A DNA stretch of 64,000 bases, taken from NCBI GenBank assembly GCA_963756875.1, contig CAVWPA010000003.1, positions 1,152,001-1,216,000 of the forward strand. The letters are read 5' to 3'. The translations under genes and the position numbers were made by a program. Below the pieces are notes generated by a model, which was given only the letters and a program-made list of their open reading frames with translations, searched no databases and had not been told where the DNA came from. Below, piece after piece: positions 61,844 to 64,000 of the stretch. Positions within the stretch are counted from its first letter, which is position 1, and every line of letters starts with the position of its first letter. The stretch is from an uncultured Verrucomicrobiae bacterium (GTDB taxonomy: Bacteria > Verrucomicrobiota > Verrucomicrobiia > Chthoniobacterales > UBA10450).

Positions 61844-62382
61844 TTTTCTTTTTTATTTTGCTGGCGCTGGTGGTGATTGCGCAGGTGGCGGAATTTTACA
61901 TCCCGCCAATCGAGTGGATGTGCAACGCTCACATTTATATCGCGCCGGTGATCGTTTTTTACGGGGCAATGGCATTGCCGTTTCCCCTGATGCTGGCGCT
62001 GGCCCTGTTCGCCGGGATGCTGCTCGACGCCCTCACTGTACAGGTGATCGGGACGAAGGTTGAAATCTCGATGGGATGGTCGATACTTCTCTACGCTGTG
62101 CTGGCGGGAATCATGCATGGCCTTAGGCCACTGTTCGTTCGCGGTCGCTGGGAAGTGCATTGCATTTTGAGCGGCGTCTGCACTTCTACGATTATTTTGG
62201 CGCAATACCTCATGATTACATTTCGGCGCGGATCGGTTGTGTTTAACCGTGAAGTCTGGTGGCAGATCGGCGGACCGGGGTTGATCGCCATGCTGATGGC
62301 GCCGGTGATCTTTTGGTCGCTTCAGTGGGTGGCGCGAATCACGCGGTATCCATACTTGCCGGAGAGGAGCGCTTTCGAATGA
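61840..62382 (+). CDS. mreD: MreD-like membrane protein
   Basis: Hydrophobic with AGMLLDAL; located between mreC and mrdA. Confidence 0.78.
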   Translation: MIFFFILLALVVIAQVAEFYIPPIEWMCNAHIYIAPVIVFYGAMALPFPLMLALALFAGMLLDALTVQVIGTKVEISMGWSILLYAVLAGIMHGLRPLFVRGRWEVHCILSGVCTSTIILAQYLMITFRRGSVVFNREVWWQIGGPGLIAMLMAPVIFWSLQWVARITRYPYLPERSAFE

Positions 62383-64000
62383 ACCGGCGCCGCCTCAGCC
62401 CGCGATTACGAATCCAGTTTCTCGGGTTTCTCATGCTCCTGGGAATGGGCGCGCTGGGTCTGCGGCTTTGGTGGATACAGGTCGCGCACGGCGCGGAGTG
62501 GACCGCACAGATTCGCGGCAGCTCGCAAGCTACCGTGCGCCTGCCCTCGGTTCGCGGGGAGATTCGCGACCGCAACGGCCTGGCCCTGGTACAGAATCGG
62601 GCGAGCTACGAGGTGGATTTTTACCTCCCGGAAATGGTGAAGGGCTATCGGGAACGCTTCGGTTCGCCTCCGCTGGCGGAGCATCGTGCCATCATTAACG
62701 GCATGCCGAAGGACGTGAAGGAGCCGGACATCATCAAGATCGTGAACACGGGCGTTGTGCCACGCCTGGATGATCTGGATTTGGCGCGGGACTACAACGC
62801 GACGCAATTGCGGCGCCATTATCGTAACGACACCGAGGTGCCCTATTCCTATATCAAGGACATCGATTTTCCCACGATGGCGAAGTTTTCCGAGCACGAC
62901 GTCGGGTTGCCGGGAGTAGACATCGCGGTGAAACCGGTGCGGTCGTACGTTTACGGCGCACTGGCCTCGCACATGTTGGGCTATGTCGGCGCGCCCGACG
63001 ATATCAATAAAGAGGAAGCGCGGAAGTACACATTTTATCAGGGCGACGTGGAGGGGAAATCGAACATCGAGAAATCGATGGATGATTACCTGCGTGGCAA
63101 GCCGGGCGTGCGTTATTTGCGACGCAATGCCAAGGGCGTCATCGACGGAGTTCTGCGGGAGGTTCCTCCACAACAGGGGGCGAATGTCTATCTCACCATC
63201 GATGCGCGCATTCAGTCGATTGCCGAGGAAGCGTTGCGTGCAATCGGCCGCGGTGCGGCGGTTGTGGTCGATCCAAACAACGGCGCCGTTCTGGCGATGG
63301 TGTCCGCGCCGTCGTTCGACCCGAACAAATTTATCCCGAGCATCAAAGCGAAAGACTGGAAGGAGCTGCGAAAGGATGAGGCGGACCCCTTGGTCAATCG
63401 CGCGGTGAGCGCATTTCCGCCCGGTTCAACGTTCAAACTCGTGACCGCTCTCGCCGGCGTGCGAAAGGGCCTCGCAAAAGCGAAATTTACCTGCACCGGT
63501 GGCGTCAGCTACGGCGACCATTATTTTCACTGTTGGATTGCGGCGAAAGGCGGCCAGCATGGCACCCTTACTCTGACGGATGCGATCAAAGTTTCCTGCG
63601 ACGCGTATTTCTATCAATATGGCAATGCTGCCGGCATCGCATCGGTCGACGAGACCGGCAAGATGTTGGGGCTCGGTGAGGAGACGGGCATTCGTCTGAC
63701 CAGCGAGCAAGCCGGCGTTTTACCCGGACCCGAATGGCTCCAGGTGCATCATCCCCAGGAACGCTGGTCGCAGGCCTACACTGCCAACGTGTCGATCGGC
63801 CAGGGCTACGTCCTGGTCACCCCGCTACAGCTTGCCATGGCGTACGTCGCGATTGCCAATGGCGGCGTCTGCTACTATCCGCGGCTGGTCGCCAAAGTTC
63901 TGAATCAGAATGGAACGCCTCTCCTTGACCAACACGGAAAACCGGTCCTGTCGGATACGCCGAGGATTCGTTCCGATTTGCGGAACGATTTTACGCCTGA
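62379..64000 (+). CDS. mrdA: Penicillin-binding protein 2, 3'-truncated by window edge (missing from ORF track)
   Basis: ATG 62379, MNRRRLSPRLRIQFLG, RGEIRDRNG, PPGSTFK (SxxK), SCD motif, SIGQG..VTPLQ; runs off the window end. Confidence 0.93.
   Translation, partial: MNRRRLSPRLRIQFLGFLMLLGMGALGLRLWWIQVAHGAEWTAQIRGSSQATVRLPSVRGEIRDRNGLALVQNRASYEVDFYLPEMVKGYRERFGSPPLAEHRAIINGMPKDVKEPDIIKIVNTGVVPRLDDLDLARDYNATQLRRHYRNDTEVPYSYIKDIDFPTMAKFSEHDVGLPGVDIAVKPVRSYVYGALASHMLGYVGAPDDINKEEARKYTFYQGDVEGKSNIEKSMDDYLRGKPGVRYLRRNAKGVIDGVLREVPPQQGANVYLTIDARIQSIAEEALRAIGRGAAVVVDPNNGAVLAMVSAPSFDPNKFIPSIKAKDWKELRKDEADPLVNRAVSAFPPGSTFKLVTALAGVRKGLAKAKFTCTGGVSYGDHYFHCWIAAKGGQHGTLTLTDAIKVSCDAYFYQYGNAAGIASVDETGKMLGLGEETGIRLTSEQAGVLPGPEWLQVHHPQERWSQAYTANVSIGQGYVLVTPLQLAMAYVAIANGGVCYYPRLVAKVLNQNGTPLLDQHGKPVLSDTPRIRSDLRNDFTP

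Noticed and set aside
62406..63173. Long antisense ORFs (also 5064-5999, 26048-27067, 40264-41214)
   Set aside because: They are shadow frames of well-supported genes in GC-rich DNA, with no motifs of their own.

Overview
A gene-dense, GC-rich bacterial chromosomal segment made almost entirely of housekeeping genes. The gene content (a Minf_1886-like PVC protein, DUF1844, an orphan RelE-like gene) suggests Verrucomicrobiota, possibly soil Chthoniobacterales; this is inference, not a database result. Contents in order: MFS 3' end, proC, fused CoA-transferase, prpDBC, ada, tRNA-Arg(TCT), sppA-CPBP-thiL-tsaE-tsaB-alr, dksA-rpmG-rpsR, MacAB-type and DUF990 ABC genes, mfd-surA-pdxA, M16 protease, mlaEFD, GT61/FkbM, iaaA, carA, probable 6S RNA, rplT-pheST, CHASE2 cyclase, mpl, gspD/gspE, rpe, mreBCD-mrdA. 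I found no integrase, transposase, prophage or CRISPR array, and no clear-cut new multi-gene system. The most unusual signals are: (1) a dense set of miniature repeat families, including 17-32 bp hairpins nested inside other repeats and repeats in-frame inside genes; (2) a 181-bp MITE with perfect 19-bp TIRs; (3) two frameshifts at the identical 8-mer AGTACCTG, probably a methylation-linked sequencing artefact; (4) proC flanked by a decayed duplicate of the MFS 3' end; (5) a pair of unknown secreted paralogues divergent from a secretin/PG-binding/ATPase locus; (6) a cluster of three zinc-free variants (DksA, L33, S18). All family assignments come from motif recognition, not from searches.
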